This document shows, one piece after another, positions 19,372 through 30,055 of a DNA stretch of 64,000 bases. The DNA comes from a bacterium (lineage in GTDB: Bacteria > UBA8248), in the NCBI GenBank assembly GCA_963692865.2, contig OY843592.1:2304001-2368000 (forward strand), read 5' to 3'. Under the pieces are notes generated by a model that saw nothing but the letters and a program-made list of their open reading frames with translations, was not told the origin of the DNA and did no database searches. The stretch's first letter is position 1. Each line of letters opens with the position of its first letter. A program made the position numbers and the translations under genes.

Positions 19372-21096
19372 GTGTCATTGAGAGTCAAATTGGCTAAGAC
19401 GGCTGGTTTTTGTTGGGGGGTGGAAAGAGCACTCGATATCGCCTTGGATACGGCCAATGACACATCAAGCGACGTTCTTACGCATGGGCCGTTGATTCAC
19501 AATCCCCAGACGGTGGAATTGCTGGAGCAGAAAAGCGTTTTTGTTTCCGATCCTCAGAATACGCCAGGCAATACGAGTCTGGTCGTCATTCGAGCGCATG
19601 GCATCTCGCCGCAAGTTCGCGACCGCCTGAGAAATTCAGGCGCCGGCATTAGAGATGCGACATGCCCACTGGTCGCTAAAGTGCACGGAGTCATCAGAAA
19701 ACATTCCCGCATGGGCGCTTTCACGGTGATCATCGGCGAGGAAGGTCACCCGGAGGTGGATGGTCACAAGGGCTACGCGGAGGCCGGTAGCCATTTGATA
19801 ACGTGCATGGAAGATGTATCCGGACTACCGGACATCGGCGACCGCCCCGTCGTAGTGGTCGCGCAGACGACAATCAACATGCGCGAGTGGAAAGATGTGG
19901 AAGAAGCGATTTTGCGGAAATACCCCCAGGCCCAAATGTTCAATACGATTTGCGATGCGACAGAGGTTCGTCAGGAAGAGGTGAAGAAACTGGCGCCCGA
20001 TGTCGATCTGATGGTTGTCGTCGGAGGCCGTAACAGCGGTAACACGAACCGTTTGGTGGAAGTGGCGAAGGAGGGAGGCGCGGATTCGATTCTCATCGAA
20101 ACCGAGGATGAGATTGACGAGAAATTCTTGCAGAAGTACAAAAACATCGCTGTTACGGCGGGGGCCTCTACGCCGGATTGGATGATCAGGCGCGTTGTCA
20201 ACCGAATCGAGGCGATTCCAGACCCGAATCCCCATATCGCGGATAAGATTTTTGACATTCTAAAGGTATTGGCGAGAGCAAACGTGCTTCTTTTCCTGTC
20301 CGCGCTACTGGGCAGTATCGCCATCACAAAATTAGGTGGTTTTCCCCTCTCGATGAAACTTGCCTTAACGGCGGGGCTTTATCTCTTCGCCGCCCATACG
20401 ATAAATCGCTGCGTCAGTTATGAGGCGGATAGGTACAATGAGCCCAATCGAGCTCATTTTTATGAAAAACACAGGCCTATATTGTTGTCCCTGGCCGGGG
20501 TCGCCGCTTTGGTATCCATCGGGTTCGGCGTCAGTATCTCCTACTTGACGGGGGGTATTATGGTGGCCGGTTTGGTTTGGGCCATTTTTTGCAGCTTGAA
20601 GCTCGAACCTCGCGTACTCGTAGGGCGGGTGATGAATTTCCCGGCTTTGAAGATTCTCGTTCTTGCATCGGGCTGGACTTTCAGTTTGGCGGTTTTACCC
20701 GCGTTGGCGAGTTATCAATACATTTCCCCTGGCTGGGTGGTATCGATTTTCGTCGCTTTCGGTTTGATCTTCTTCCGAACCGGCTTGATGGAGTTAAGAG
20801 ACATTCAAGGCGATAGAATCGTGGGCAAGAGGACGTTACCGATTGTTTTCGGGAAAGAACAAACGGAAGCGCTTATGGGAACAATCTGTGCCGCATTGGC
20901 CGTCGCTCTTGTGAGCGCTTGCATAAACGGATGGGTGGCTCCGTTGTTTGGCTATGTGATGCTTGTTCCGGTCATTTACGCGGGAGCGTGTTTGTACTTG
21001 TATATCCGAAAGATACTGGGTCATAGTGGACTTATGGAAGTAGCCACCGATCAGATATTTATCGTTGCTGGGGTTTTGGCCTTCTTTGTGGTGTAG
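19372..21096 (+). CDS. ispH: 4-hydroxy-3-methylbut-2-enyl diphosphate reductase fused to a UbiA-family prenyltransferase domain
   Basis: AGFCWGV, DATCPLV and TICDAT (three 4Fe-4S cysteines), GGRNSGNT, TAGASTP; then a multi-TM domain with RDIQGDRIVGKRTLP. Confidence 0.92.
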   Translation: MSLRVKLAKTAGFCWGVERALDIALDTANDTSSDVLTHGPLIHNPQTVELLEQKSVFVSDPQNTPGNTSLVVIRAHGISPQVRDRLRNSGAGIRDATCPLVAKVHGVIRKHSRMGAFTVIIGEEGHPEVDGHKGYAEAGSHLITCMEDVSGLPDIGDRPVVVVAQTTINMREWKDVEEAILRKYPQAQMFNTICDATEVRQEEVKKLAPDVDLMVVVGGRNSGNTNRLVEVAKEGGADSILIETEDEIDEKFLQKYKNIAVTAGASTPDWMIRRVVNRIEAIPDPNPHIADKIFDILKVLARANVLLFLSALLGSIAITKLGGFPLSMKLALTAGLYLFAAHTINRCVSYEADRYNEPNRAHFYEKHRPILLSLAGVAALVSIGFGVSISYLTGGIMVAGLVWAIFCSLKLEPRVLVGRVMNFPALKILVLASGWTFSLAVLPALASYQYISPGWVVSIFVAFGLIFFRTGLMELRDIQGDRIVGKRTLPIVFGKEQTEALMGTICAALAVALVSACINGWVAPLFGYVMLVPVIYAGACLYLYIRKILGHSGLMEVATDQIFIVAGVLAFFVV

Positions 21097-21111
21097 GATT
21101 CACCTCGTTAT

Positions 21112-21144
21112 AAAAAGCCGTGCTCTTTTGAGCGCGGCTTTTTT
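21112..21144. terminator. Bidirectional intrinsic terminator
   Basis: AAAAAGCCGTGCTC-TTTT-GAGCGCGGCTTTTT between convergent ispH and PxxKW genes. Confidence 0.8.
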
Positions 21145-21179
21145 GTTAGGGGGAGTGGGTTTTAAAGCTATACTTGTTT

Positions 21180-21500
21180 TTAATTTCCCCGCGCGGCTCG
21201 TTTCGAGGCTTTCAGCGGGTTTAGTTTCTTTTCCAGGGGGGCTTCAAAGTCTAGTTTGATATGTGTCGCCAGAGGGCACCTGCCGCGCTCCCAACGATTT
21301 TCCGGATTGGGGAATTTGGAGCAGAATTTTCCTTTCGGAAACTCCAAGATGTGTTCACATGCTTTTTCGTCATCACCCGAAAGACATTCCTCCACGACGG
21401 GGAAGCAGGAACTCCCGTTGTATAAGCATTTATTTTGGCCATTGGAGCCTTTCGATGCAAAATAACATTCTGTAGGTGCTTCTAAAAGCGTACACTCCAT
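21180..21500 (-). CDS. PxxKW-family cysteine-rich protein
   Basis: MECT...C...CLYNGSSCFPVVEEC...C...FCSKFPNPENRWERGRCPLATH...KKLNPLKASKR matches the PxxKW family pattern. Confidence 0.8.
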   Translation of the reverse strand: MECTLLEAPTECYFASKGSNGQNKCLYNGSSCFPVVEECLSGDDEKACEHILEFPKGKFCSKFPNPENRWERGRCPLATHIKLDFEAPLEKKLNPLKASKRAARGN

Positions 21501-21696
21501 TTCTGAATTCCCCCACGGAAAATGAATAAAGCGCTTAAATTCAACCAGAACACGAAAGATTTCGCAAAAAAGTTTATGGAAAAGCCCTGCATCACGCAAC
21601 CTTCTGACGATGCGATTCGGTGGAATCCTCGAGATTCACCAAACACCCGACATTGTTAATGTTCTCCATGTAACACCATGGAAACATAAGTGGTGT

Positions 21697-21768
21697 ACAC
21701 GCAGTGGTTGGGTTATTCAGGAGCGGGTATTCGTCAGGTTTATTGATTGACGACCAACCACTGCGTGT
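21697..21768 (+). promoter_or_regulatory. Structured element in glnB leader (15-bp perfect stem)
   Basis: ACACGCAGTGGTTGG (21697-21711) is the exact reverse complement of CCAACCACTGCGTGT (21754-21768) and encloses two smaller hairpins. Confidence 0.5.
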
Positions 21769-21808
21769 TATAGTCGATGGAAACCATCCCATTGGAACTT
21801 TCACTTGA

Positions 21809-22165
<357 letters not shown>

Positions 22166-22177
22166 CGATATCTTCCG

Positions 22178-24919
22178 ATGACGCCATCTCTTAAATGTTT
22201 GTTAAAACTTCAAAACGATATTCGGGATTCAATTCTTGCTGTCAGCGATTGGGAGCGAAGCGTTTTTCTCCGCCATATCAAGGAGGCTTACACGCAGGCC
22301 GGAGAGTACGTATGCAATGCGCAGCATGAGGGTGCGGGCGGATATGAGTTATGTGAAGCGCATGCGCGTTTTATGGATGCGTTTATTGAGCAAGTCTATG
22401 CGTACGCTTCGGAAGGGGAAAAGAAAAAATCTGCCAATGCCAATCAGGCGTTTCCATGTGCTTTGGTTGCTATTGGTGGATATGGGCGGGGGGAGTTGTC
22501 TCCCGGTTCGGATATCGACCTGTTGTTTTTGTTTTCGGGGCATGAGGGGCAGATCAGCGAATTGATACGCTCCGTCCTGTATCTGATGTGGGATGCAGGC
22601 CTTACGATAGGCCACAGCGCCAGAACGATTTCCAATTGCCTGAAAATCGCGAAGGAAGATTACCAAAGTGAAACCGCCATGCTGGAAAATCGTTTGTTGG
22701 CGGGTAGCGAAGAGGTTTTCCGGGATTTCAACAAGAAATTCGATAGTTATATCCAACGTGTTGCAAAAAGTTCGCATCTTCGAAATCGGTTGGAAGAGCG
22801 AATGAGGCGATATCGATCATGGGACCCGTCAGTCTATGTCCTTGAGCCGAACGTGAAAGAAAGCGCTGGGGGCTTGCGGGATTTTCATGCCGTTTGCTGG
22901 TTGGCCAAGGCTTTCGGTCTAAAGGAAATGGACGAGATTTGGCGTAAGGGTTGGGTGCCGCGAGCAGAGTTCGAAAAGGCGACGAAAGCTTATGATTTTC
23001 TTCTTCGTATTCGAGCTCAACTGCATATACGCGCAAAAGCCAAAAACGATATGCTCAACTTTCCGGCTCAGTCGGAGATTGCTCCTGCACTAGGTTATGA
23101 AGATGAAGAAAGCGCATTGGCTAGTGAATGTTTGATGCGTGATTACTTCTTGCATGCGAGAGATCTGCATATTTTCTGCCGTGATTTTTTTGAAACGCTG
23201 GAAGACCATTTGAAGAGCAGAAGATGGGTCAACAGAAAACCCAAGCTCCAGGTCCTTGAAGATGGATTGGCTTTGCAGGACTACCATACGCTCGTTCTGG
23301 ATGAGGCCAATCCAGAAGCAGTCCTTGAAAATCCTACGGGCCTGATGAAGATATTCGAGTGTCAATATCGTTTCGGGTGTCGCTTATCACCAAATATAAG
23401 AAACTTTGTTCGATCACACCTGGATACTGTCGATGACAATTTTCGCGCTTCTCCCGATGTGAGAGACAGTTTCTTACGGATATTGAGCGGCAAGGCCGGT
23501 GTGACGACCACGATGCACGAAATGCACGGTCTCGGTCTTTTGGGGCGTTATATCCCCGAGTTCGAACCTCTGACGTGTTTTGTCCAGTATGATCATTATC
23601 ATCGATATACGGCAGATGAACATACTTTGTTGACGTTGGCGGCGTTGGATGAGCTCACATATACGAAAGATGTGGCCTTGCAACAAGTGGCCCATATCCA
23701 TAGAGAGATGGAGCGAACCAACATTGTGAGGCTTGCACTTTTGTTTCACGATATCGGAAAGGCAAGAGGGCCGAGACATGTGCACAAAAGCTCGTCTGCG
23801 CTTCCCAATATCATTATGCGTATGGGTCTCCCGGCGGATCAGGGGAGCATCATCGAATTTTTGGTGGCTTGTCATATTGAAATGAGCATCACGGCTGAAA
23901 GACGTGATATCGACGATCCTGTCTTGGTCAGTAATTTCGCCGATAAAATGGAGACGGTGGAAAGGCTCCAAATGCTTTATCTCTTGACATATGCGGATAT
24001 ATCCGCCGTAGCTCCCGGTATATGGAATGAATGGAGAAGCGCTTTAATCTACGAATTGTACAAGCGAGTGCTCAGGGTAATGGAAACAGGCGAGGATTTG
24101 TACAGGAAAAAGCGCAGGGAGGATATCGTAGAGCAAGTAAGTTTAGAAGCGAGGGCAGGGGGAAGCCGGATAGGGCGGGAGGAAATCGCCGGACACATGG
24201 AATCCATGCCTGATAGATATCGCACCGGGACTCCACCGCAAGACATCCTGCGCCATATCGAACTCGGGTCTCGTCTTTCAGATAAAACAGTATGCGAGAT
24301 TGATATCACGCATCGCAGAAGACGGGGAAATACGCTTTTGACGTTATTGTGCAAGGATCAGCTTGGTTTGTTTGCACTGGTCGCAGGAGCATTTGCAGTG
24401 TACGAACTCAACATTTTGGACGCGAAAGTATATACACGCGAAGATGGTTTGGTAATAGATACGTTTGAGGTAGTAGATTCTGAGGGAAAGGCCGTCGTTG
24501 ATGAAGGTCTTTGGAAAAATTTCCGCAAATCGCTGGAGCAGTTGCTGTCGGGCGAATTGGAATTATTGGAATTGCTGGGCAAGAGCAAAAAATATCTCCG
24601 CTTGAAGAAACGCATGTCGTTTGATCTGCCGATACTGGTAGAATTCGATCAAACTGCGAGTGAGGATGCGACGGTTCTGGAAGTCGTTGCGCCGGATAGA
24701 CACGGCCTTCTGGCGCAGATTGCGCAATTCTTTGCGCATGAGGGGATATCCATCTCCCGAGCTAAAATTACCACAGAGGGCCAATGCGCGGTGGATGCTT
24801 TCTATATCACGGACGATAACGGCCAAAAAATTGAAGATACGACCAGACTCAAGGAGTTGTGTGGGCATCTTAGCGAGATTCTTGAGGAAGGGCGCCCGGT
24901 TGGCGCCATCGTGTCATAA
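22178..24919 (+). CDS. glnD: [Protein-PII] uridylyltransferase / uridylyl-removing enzyme
   Basis: AIGGYGRGELSPGSDIDLL NTase motif, EPNVKESAGGLRD, HD domain (HRYTADEH, LFHDIGK), two ACT domains. Confidence 0.95.
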   Translation: MTPSLKCLLKLQNDIRDSILAVSDWERSVFLRHIKEAYTQAGEYVCNAQHEGAGGYELCEAHARFMDAFIEQVYAYASEGEKKKSANANQAFPCALVAIGGYGRGELSPGSDIDLLFLFSGHEGQISELIRSVLYLMWDAGLTIGHSARTISNCLKIAKEDYQSETAMLENRLLAGSEEVFRDFNKKFDSYIQRVAKSSHLRNRLEERMRRYRSWDPSVYVLEPNVKESAGGLRDFHAVCWLAKAFGLKEMDEIWRKGWVPRAEFEKATKAYDFLLRIRAQLHIRAKAKNDMLNFPAQSEIAPALGYEDEESALASECLMRDYFLHARDLHIFCRDFFETLEDHLKSRRWVNRKPKLQVLEDGLALQDYHTLVLDEANPEAVLENPTGLMKIFECQYRFGCRLSPNIRNFVRSHLDTVDDNFRASPDVRDSFLRILSGKAGVTTTMHEMHGLGLLGRYIPEFEPLTCFVQYDHYHRYTADEHTLLTLAALDELTYTKDVALQQVAHIHREMERTNIVRLALLFHDIGKARGPRHVHKSSSALPNIIMRMGLPADQGSIIEFLVACHIEMSITAERRDIDDPVLVSNFADKMETVERLQMLYLLTYADISAVAPGIWNEWRSALIYELYKRVLRVMETGEDLYRKKRREDIVEQVSLEARAGGSRIGREEIAGHMESMPDRYRTGTPPQDILRHIELGSRLSDKTVCEIDITHRRRRGNTLLTLLCKDQLGLFALVAGAFAVYELNILDAKVYTREDGLVIDTFEVVDSEGKAVVDEGLWKNFRKSLEQLLSGELELLELLGKSKKYLRLKKRMSFDLPILVEFDQTASEDATVLEVVAPDRHGLLAQIAQFFAHEGISISRAKITTEGQCAVDAFYITDDNGQKIEDTTRLKELCGHLSEILEEGRPVGAIVS

Positions 24920-25001
24920 CAAAGCCTGAGGGGCTGAACAAATCTTGGTTTTGTGTCGATAATTTTTCGCAAAACCGCAATTCCGCATGGAGGTGTAACA
25001 G

Positions 25002-26414
25002 ATGGTTGAAGATGTTTTGAAGCTGGCTAAGGAAAGTGGCGCCAAAATGGTTGACTATCGGTTCATAGATATGCCTGGGATGTGGCAGCATTTTTCAGCA
25101 CACATCGATACGCTTGAGGAGGATACCTTCGAGGAAGGTGTGGGCTTCGACGGTTCGAGCATTCGGGGATTTCAAAGCATCGATCAGAGCGACATGATTC
25201 TCATTCCAGATCCCACGACCGCTTTCATCGATCCGTTTATGAAAATCCCGACCCTGGTCCTCATCTGTGACATCAAGGATCCGGTAACGCTTGAGCTTTA
25301 TGATCGCGACCCCCGTCATATCGCCATTAAAGCGGAGCAATACATGAAGTCTACGGGCATAGGGGATGTCGCTTATTTCGGCCCCGAAGCCGAGTTTTTC
25401 GTGTTCGACGATGTGCGCTATTCGGGTTCGGAAAATCATGCTTTCTACGAGGTTGATTCGTCTGAAGGCGCCTGGAACACGGGCACTAACGAAGATCCGA
25501 ACCTCGGCCACAAGAACCGCTATAAAGAAGGCTATTTCCCCGTGCCGCCCAACGACACGCTCCAGGATGTTCGCTCGGAAATGATGCTGACAATGCTGGA
25601 TTGTGACGTGGAGTGTGAAGTGCACCACCATGAGGTGGCCTCCGCCGGGCAATGTGAAATCGATATTCGGTTCGATACTTTGGTGACCACGGCGGATAAG
25701 CTGATGAAGTACAAATACATCGTCAAGAATGTGGCGAGAAAACATGGAAAGACGGCGACCTTCATGCCGAAACCCGTTTTCCTCGACAACGGCACCGGCA
25801 TGCACACCCACCAGAGCATTTGGAAGGATGGCGCCAACATCATGTATCGTGCGGGAACTTATGGCGATCTTAGTCCGGATGCGCTTTACTATATCGGCGG
25901 TTTGTTAAAGCATGCGCCTGCATTGTTGGCTTTCACCAACCCGACAACGAACAGTTATCGCCGTTTGGTGCCGGGCTATGAGGCGCCTATCAACCTGATA
26001 TATAGCTGCCGCAACAGAAGCGCCTGCGTCCGCATTCCGATGTATTCTTCAAGTGAGAAGGCCAAGAGGGTGGAGTTCCGTTGCCCCGACCCCTCATGTA
26101 ACCCATATCTGGCCTTCGCCGCGATGTTGATGGCGGGCCTGGACGGGATACAGAATAAAGTCATGCCGCCGGAGCCTATCGACAAGAATCTCTACGATCT
26201 CGAACCTGAGGAGAAGGGCAACGTGCAACAGACACCCGGAAGCTTGCCCGAGGCTTTGGATGCACTCGAGGCAGACTATGAGTTCCTGTTGAAAGGCGAC
26301 GTGTTTACAAAGGATGTCATCGACAACTGGATCGAATATAAGCGGGTAGAGGAAGTGGATGCGGTTCGCCTGCGTCCGCATCCTCACGAATTTCACCTCT
26401 ACTATGACATCTAA
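25002..26414 (+). CDS. glnA: Glutamine synthetase type I
   Basis: [35 protein letters not shown], and the adenylylation-site NLYDL. Confidence 0.98.
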   Translation: MVEDVLKLAKESGAKMVDYRFIDMPGMWQHFSAHIDTLEEDTFEEGVGFDGSSIRGFQSIDQSDMILIPDPTTAFIDPFMKIPTLVLICDIKDPVTLELYDRDPRHIAIKAEQYMKSTGIGDVAYFGPEAEFFVFDDVRYSGSENHAFYEVDSSEGAWNTGTNEDPNLGHKNRYKEGYFPVPPNDTLQDVRSEMMLTMLDCDVECEVHHHEVASAGQCEIDIRFDTLVTTADKLMKYKYIVKNVARKHGKTATFMPKPVFLDNGTGMHTHQSIWKDGANIMYRAGTYGDLSPDALYYIGGLLKHAPALLAFTNPTTNSYRRLVPGYEAPINLIYSCRNRSACVRIPMYSSSEKAKRVEFRCPDPSCNPYLAFAAMLMAGLDGIQNKVMPPEPIDKNLYDLEPEEKGNVQQTPGSLPEALDALEADYEFLLKGDVFTKDVIDNWIEYKRVEEVDAVRLRPHPHEFHLYYDI

Positions 26415-26445
26415 ACTTCGGCGGCACCGATTCTGAAAAGCCGGG

Positions 26446-26494
26446 AACAACGAACCCCTCGAGTAGATTGTTCGCTCGAGGGGTTTGCTGTTTT
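26446..26494. terminator. Intrinsic terminator after glnA
   Basis: AACCCCTCGAG ... CTCGAGGGGTT stem followed by a T-rich tract, between convergent genes. Confidence 0.75.
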
Positions 26495-26514
26495 ATTAGA
26501 GTGAATGATTCATT

Positions 26515-28680
26515 TTAGCTTTGGGGTGACGGTTCGTTTTCTTCAGGAACAAGCGTGTTCCAGGAATCCCCTGCTATAAGGGTGTCAGGAATGATGATCG
26601 CAAAAACATCTCGCGGACCATGTACACCTTTGATGAGCGTCAGGGCGATGTCGGCCGAACGACTGGGTCCTGTGATGATATTGACGCAACTAGGCGAGGT
26701 GTCTTCTCCTTGCTTGAGGACTCTTTCGAGTTCAGGACCCAAAGAGGAAATATGAGGCAATATATTCTTTTCAGGAATGAGGGCCAAATGAGTTTCCGGC
26801 AACAGGGAATGGAGGCGCGGATGGCCGGGACCGCTCCGTAAGACGATACTGCCCGTCTCCGCAATAGCCCAGTCGCAGCCTGTGATCCCGATGCCGCACC
26901 GGGCGATTGCATCTCGGTTATCTCCGTCATTCGATGGAGATATCATGTCAAATCTCTCTTCTACAAGCCAATTGACTACTTCAACTGGCAAGCCATCACT
27001 TATGGCGATGGGGTATTCTTTCCATTTTGCCGCCAGGTGAAGAACATATTCTCGGATTTCATCTATGGAACTCGGGCGCAGAACGGGATTTGCCACCGCT
27101 TCGAACTCTGTGGCGAAACGTGCCGCAGTGTCCGGAACGCTTATTTCCGGCAGAGGGCCTTCGGGGCTTTTGAAATGACCGTGTGATAATCCATGCGCCG
27201 ACTCCAGGGCATGATGGGTTTTTACAACTATCGCTTCCGGGCTGTCTGTTCGTGGTATGTCAGAAGGTGTCAAAGACGAATTGCTGGATCCTCGTTTCTT
27301 TTCTCGCCAGCGCGCCCTGAAACTCTTTTTCGCAATTTGAGGAAGTTCGCGCCCCTGTGCCCATGTACCCGGAGGTCCCGGTAGCCATGCCGCCGTTTTG
27401 GCGTTCAAGAATCTGGAAAAAACGGCCGCCGCCCTGAAACCCATTTCCCAAACTAAGGGTTTGCGCATCGCCATGCCGATCAAGCGAAATGAAAGTCTTT
27501 CCATTAAGGCGTTATTTTTTTTGGCCGTTCTTGCTTCTCTCATTTCCAGCAACATACGGGGAATGTCGACGAATACGGGACAGGCGTCCATACAGGCGCC
27601 GCATAGACTCGAAGCTGTAGGAAGTTCTCCGGAAACGTCAAGGCCGCGGAGCATGGGGCTTAAGATCGATCCAATCGGCCCCCCGTATACCGAGTCGTAT
27701 GTATGGCCGCCGACTGTCTGGAATACGGGGCAGGCGTTTTGACAAGCCCCGCAGCGAATGCAATGGAATGCTTCCTGAAACGGCGTCCCGAGATGTCTGG
27801 AGCGTCCGCCGTCGAGGAGCACGAGATGAACTTCATCGGGCCCGTCCGCTTCGTTTCCCCTCCTCGGTCCGGTGAGCATGGTGAAATAGCTGGTGAGTTT
27901 TTGACCTGTTGCGCTGCGGGGTAGTACCGAGAGGAGCGTGAGCGTGTCTCGGAGCGTGGGCACCACTTTCTCGAACCCCATAATGGCCACGTGCACTTTG
28001 GGCAAGGTGGTGACGAGTCGCCCGTTTCCCTCGTTCGTGACGAGACAAAGCGTTCCGGTTTCCGCCACGGCGAAATTTACGCCGCTGATTCCCATCCCCG
28101 CGCGCAGGAATTCCGTTCTCAGTTTCTCGCGGGCAATTGATGTGAGGGCTTGGGGATCCGAACCGGCGTCGGGGTCTATTTTTTCGCGAAAAAGGTCTTG
28201 CACCTGCTTCAATGTCTTATGGATGGCCGGGGCCACGAGGTGGCTCGGCGTTTCGTTGGCCAGTTGAAGTATCCATTCGCCCAAATCGGTTTCATATGGG
28301 GTGATGCTCGCCGCCTCCAACGCCTGGTTCAGGTGAATCTCCTCGGACGCCATGGACTTGCTCTTGACGACGGTCTTGACGCCGTGCTTGCGGGCGATGT
28401 CGAGAACGATTCGCTTTGCGGAATCCGCGTCAAGCGCAGGATGAATGTGTACGCCGAGATTTTGGAGACTCTCGAACAAGGTTTCGAGATGTTTATCGAT
28501 CTCATCAAATGTTTTCCTGCGGATTTCTCTTGCTCTCGCCCGCAAGGCAAGCGGTGCGGCGGTCGATTCGAAGGCTTGATCCCGCTGGTTGGCGAATTTG
28601 CCTGTGGCTGCTTGAAGAGCCTCCTGAAGAGGAACATTGACCAAAGCGGAATTTGCGCGCTTATTAAAGGTTGTATTCAA
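26515..28680 (-). CDS. lutB: Lactate utilization LutB/LldF Fe-S protein fused to a LutC/LldG (LUD) domain
   Basis: KSKSMASEE, ETDLGE, PSHLVAPAIH, TNEGNGR, CIRCGACQNACP and SLCGACMDACP; then the LutC part AIAETGS...SLLPETH...ITGPSRSADI...GVHGP. Confidence 0.92.
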   Translation of the reverse strand: MNTTFNKRANSALVNVPLQEALQAATGKFANQRDQAFESTAAPLALRARAREIRRKTFDEIDKHLETLFESLQNLGVHIHPALDADSAKRIVLDIARKHGVKTVVKSKSMASEEIHLNQALEAASITPYETDLGEWILQLANETPSHLVAPAIHKTLKQVQDLFREKIDPDAGSDPQALTSIAREKLRTEFLRAGMGISGVNFAVAETGTLCLVTNEGNGRLVTTLPKVHVAIMGFEKVVPTLRDTLTLLSVLPRSATGQKLTSYFTMLTGPRRGNEADGPDEVHLVLLDGGRSRHLGTPFQEAFHCIRCGACQNACPVFQTVGGHTYDSVYGGPIGSILSPMLRGLDVSGELPTASSLCGACMDACPVFVDIPRMLLEMREARTAKKNNALMERLSFRLIGMAMRKPLVWEMGFRAAAVFSRFLNAKTAAWLPGPPGTWAQGRELPQIAKKSFRARWREKKRGSSNSSLTPSDIPRTDSPEAIVVKTHHALESAHGLSHGHFKSPEGPLPEISVPDTAARFATEFEAVANPVLRPSSIDEIREYVLHLAAKWKEYPIAISDGLPVEVVNWLVEERFDMISPSNDGDNRDAIARCGIGITGCDWAIAETGSIVLRSGPGHPRLHSLLPETHLALIPEKNILPHISSLGPELERVLKQGEDTSPSCVNIITGPSRSADIALTLIKGVHGPRDVFAIIIPDTLIAGDSWNTLVPEENEPSPQS

Positions 28681-29453
28681 AGCCGATATTCCTCGGGCCA
28701 GCCCGGATTGTTCGGTCCGGCGAGAGCCTGCGCAAGATGGAGAAGTTTGATTTTCGATTTTCGTCTCGATAGTCCGCCCGAGATCTGGAGCATGCAGCCG
28801 GCGTCGGCCGCCACAAGCCAGGTCGCGTCGATTTTCTCGGCGGATTTGATCTTCTCTTCAAGCATCGCGCACGAGACTTCCGGGAATTTGACGGCGAACG
28901 AGCCGCCGAACCCACAGCAGCGGTCACAGTCGGGCAATTCTTCCCGGTTTTCGGCCACGCGATCGAGGCATTGACGGGGCGTTTGGTTTTCGCCCAATCC
29001 ACGGAGAAGGTGGCACGAATCGTGATACACGGTTTTCCCGGGAAGCGTAGCGCCGAAATTGCTCGCTTTTATCTGACAGAGGAATTGGGATAATTCGATT
29101 ACCCGCCCGGCAATTTGCGCGGCTTTTTCCCGCGCCCAAGGGTCGGCCGGGAACAAGGTGGGCAAAACGCATTTGAGCATCCATCCGCAAGAGCCCGAAG
29201 GGGCGATAATCGGAATGTCGCCCTCCAGCAGGTGCAACTGGGTTTCAAGAATTTTTCTTGCCTCCGCCCTGAAGCCGTTGTTGAAGTGAGGGAGTCCACA
29301 ACAGGTGAGCCCTTCCGGGCAAATCACCTCGATATCAGCGCTCTCGATCAAATGAACGGTGGCTTCGCCGACTTCAGGAAAAAACTGATCCACCAGACAC
29401 GTGGCGAAAAACAAGACGCGCTTGGGTCGATTTTCAGGTGATTCAAGAGACAT
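28677..29453 (-). CDS. lutA: Lactate utilization LutA/LldE (CCG-domain protein)
   Basis: FATCLVD, TCCGLP, PSGSC, YHDSCH, CCGFGGSF and DAGCMLQI; overlaps the lutB start by 4 nt. Confidence 0.92.
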   Translation of the reverse strand: MSLESPENRPKRVLFFATCLVDQFFPEVGEATVHLIESADIEVICPEGLTCCGLPHFNNGFRAEARKILETQLHLLEGDIPIIAPSGSCGWMLKCVLPTLFPADPWAREKAAQIAGRVIELSQFLCQIKASNFGATLPGKTVYHDSCHLLRGLGENQTPRQCLDRVAENREELPDCDRCCGFGGSFAVKFPEVSCAMLEEKIKSAEKIDATWLVAADAGCMLQISGGLSRRKSKIKLLHLAQALAGPNNPGWPEEYRL

Positions 29454-29487
29454 GTTTGCTTTCCTGCCAGAGAACGTATAGCCCAAC

Positions 29488-29506
29488 AACAGCATATTAT
29501 GCTGTT
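29488..29506. promoter_or_regulatory. Palindromic operator candidate in the lutA/ferredoxin divergent region
   Basis: AACAGCATA-T-TATGCTGTT, a perfect 9-1-9 palindrome 35 nt upstream of the lutA ATG. Confidence 0.5.
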
Positions 29507-29668
29507 TTACGGCTTCAATACAAACGAAGTAAAAGGAGATTCGATTGAATCGAGACTTCATAAATGTTAGCTTCCATACGGCATCCGAATGAGGGCTGGG
29601 AGCGATTTAGGCGCCTTCATGGGAAATGCTCGATTTCCGTTTCATCGTCAAACACCGGGGCAATCGGG

Positions 29669-30010
29669 ATGTTCAGACAAAAGCGCTACGTTTTGGTATG
29701 TACCAACGAGCGTGCGGCGGACGACCCCAAGGGAAGCTGCGCAGGCTGCGGATCCGTGGAAGTCCGCGAGCGGATGAAATCCATTCTGGAAGGGAAAGAC
29801 CTCAAAGGCCGGGCGCGCATACTCGCGACGAGTTGCATGGATGTTTGCGAGAACGGGGCGGTTGTTTGTGTGATGCCCGATAACGTCTGGTATGGCGGCG
29901 TGAGGCCCGAGGACGCCGAAGATATCGTGGAAAAACATTTGGAAAACGGCGAGCCCGTGGAGCGGCTCCTGATACCCGAAGGCCTGAGCGGGCTTTCGTT
30001 GTTCGGTTGA
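29669..30010 (+). CDS. Thioredoxin-like [2Fe-2S] ferredoxin
   Basis: VLVCTNER...GSC...SCMDVC..G..V...PDNVWY...IVEKHL..GEPVERL. Confidence 0.9.
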   Translation: MFRQKRYVLVCTNERAADDPKGSCAGCGSVEVRERMKSILEGKDLKGRARILATSCMDVCENGAVVCVMPDNVWYGGVRPEDAEDIVEKHLENGEPVERLLIPEGLSGLSLFG

Positions 30011-30055
30011 AGAAGGATAGCAAGAGTATCGCGTGTAATTTTGGGAGCGGATTAT

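Noticed and set aside
21697-21768. Known glutamine (glnA-motif) riboswitch or sigma54 promoter before glnB
   Set aside because: I could not find the glnA-motif consensus or a convincing TGGCAC-N5-TTGC; kept only as an unknown structure.
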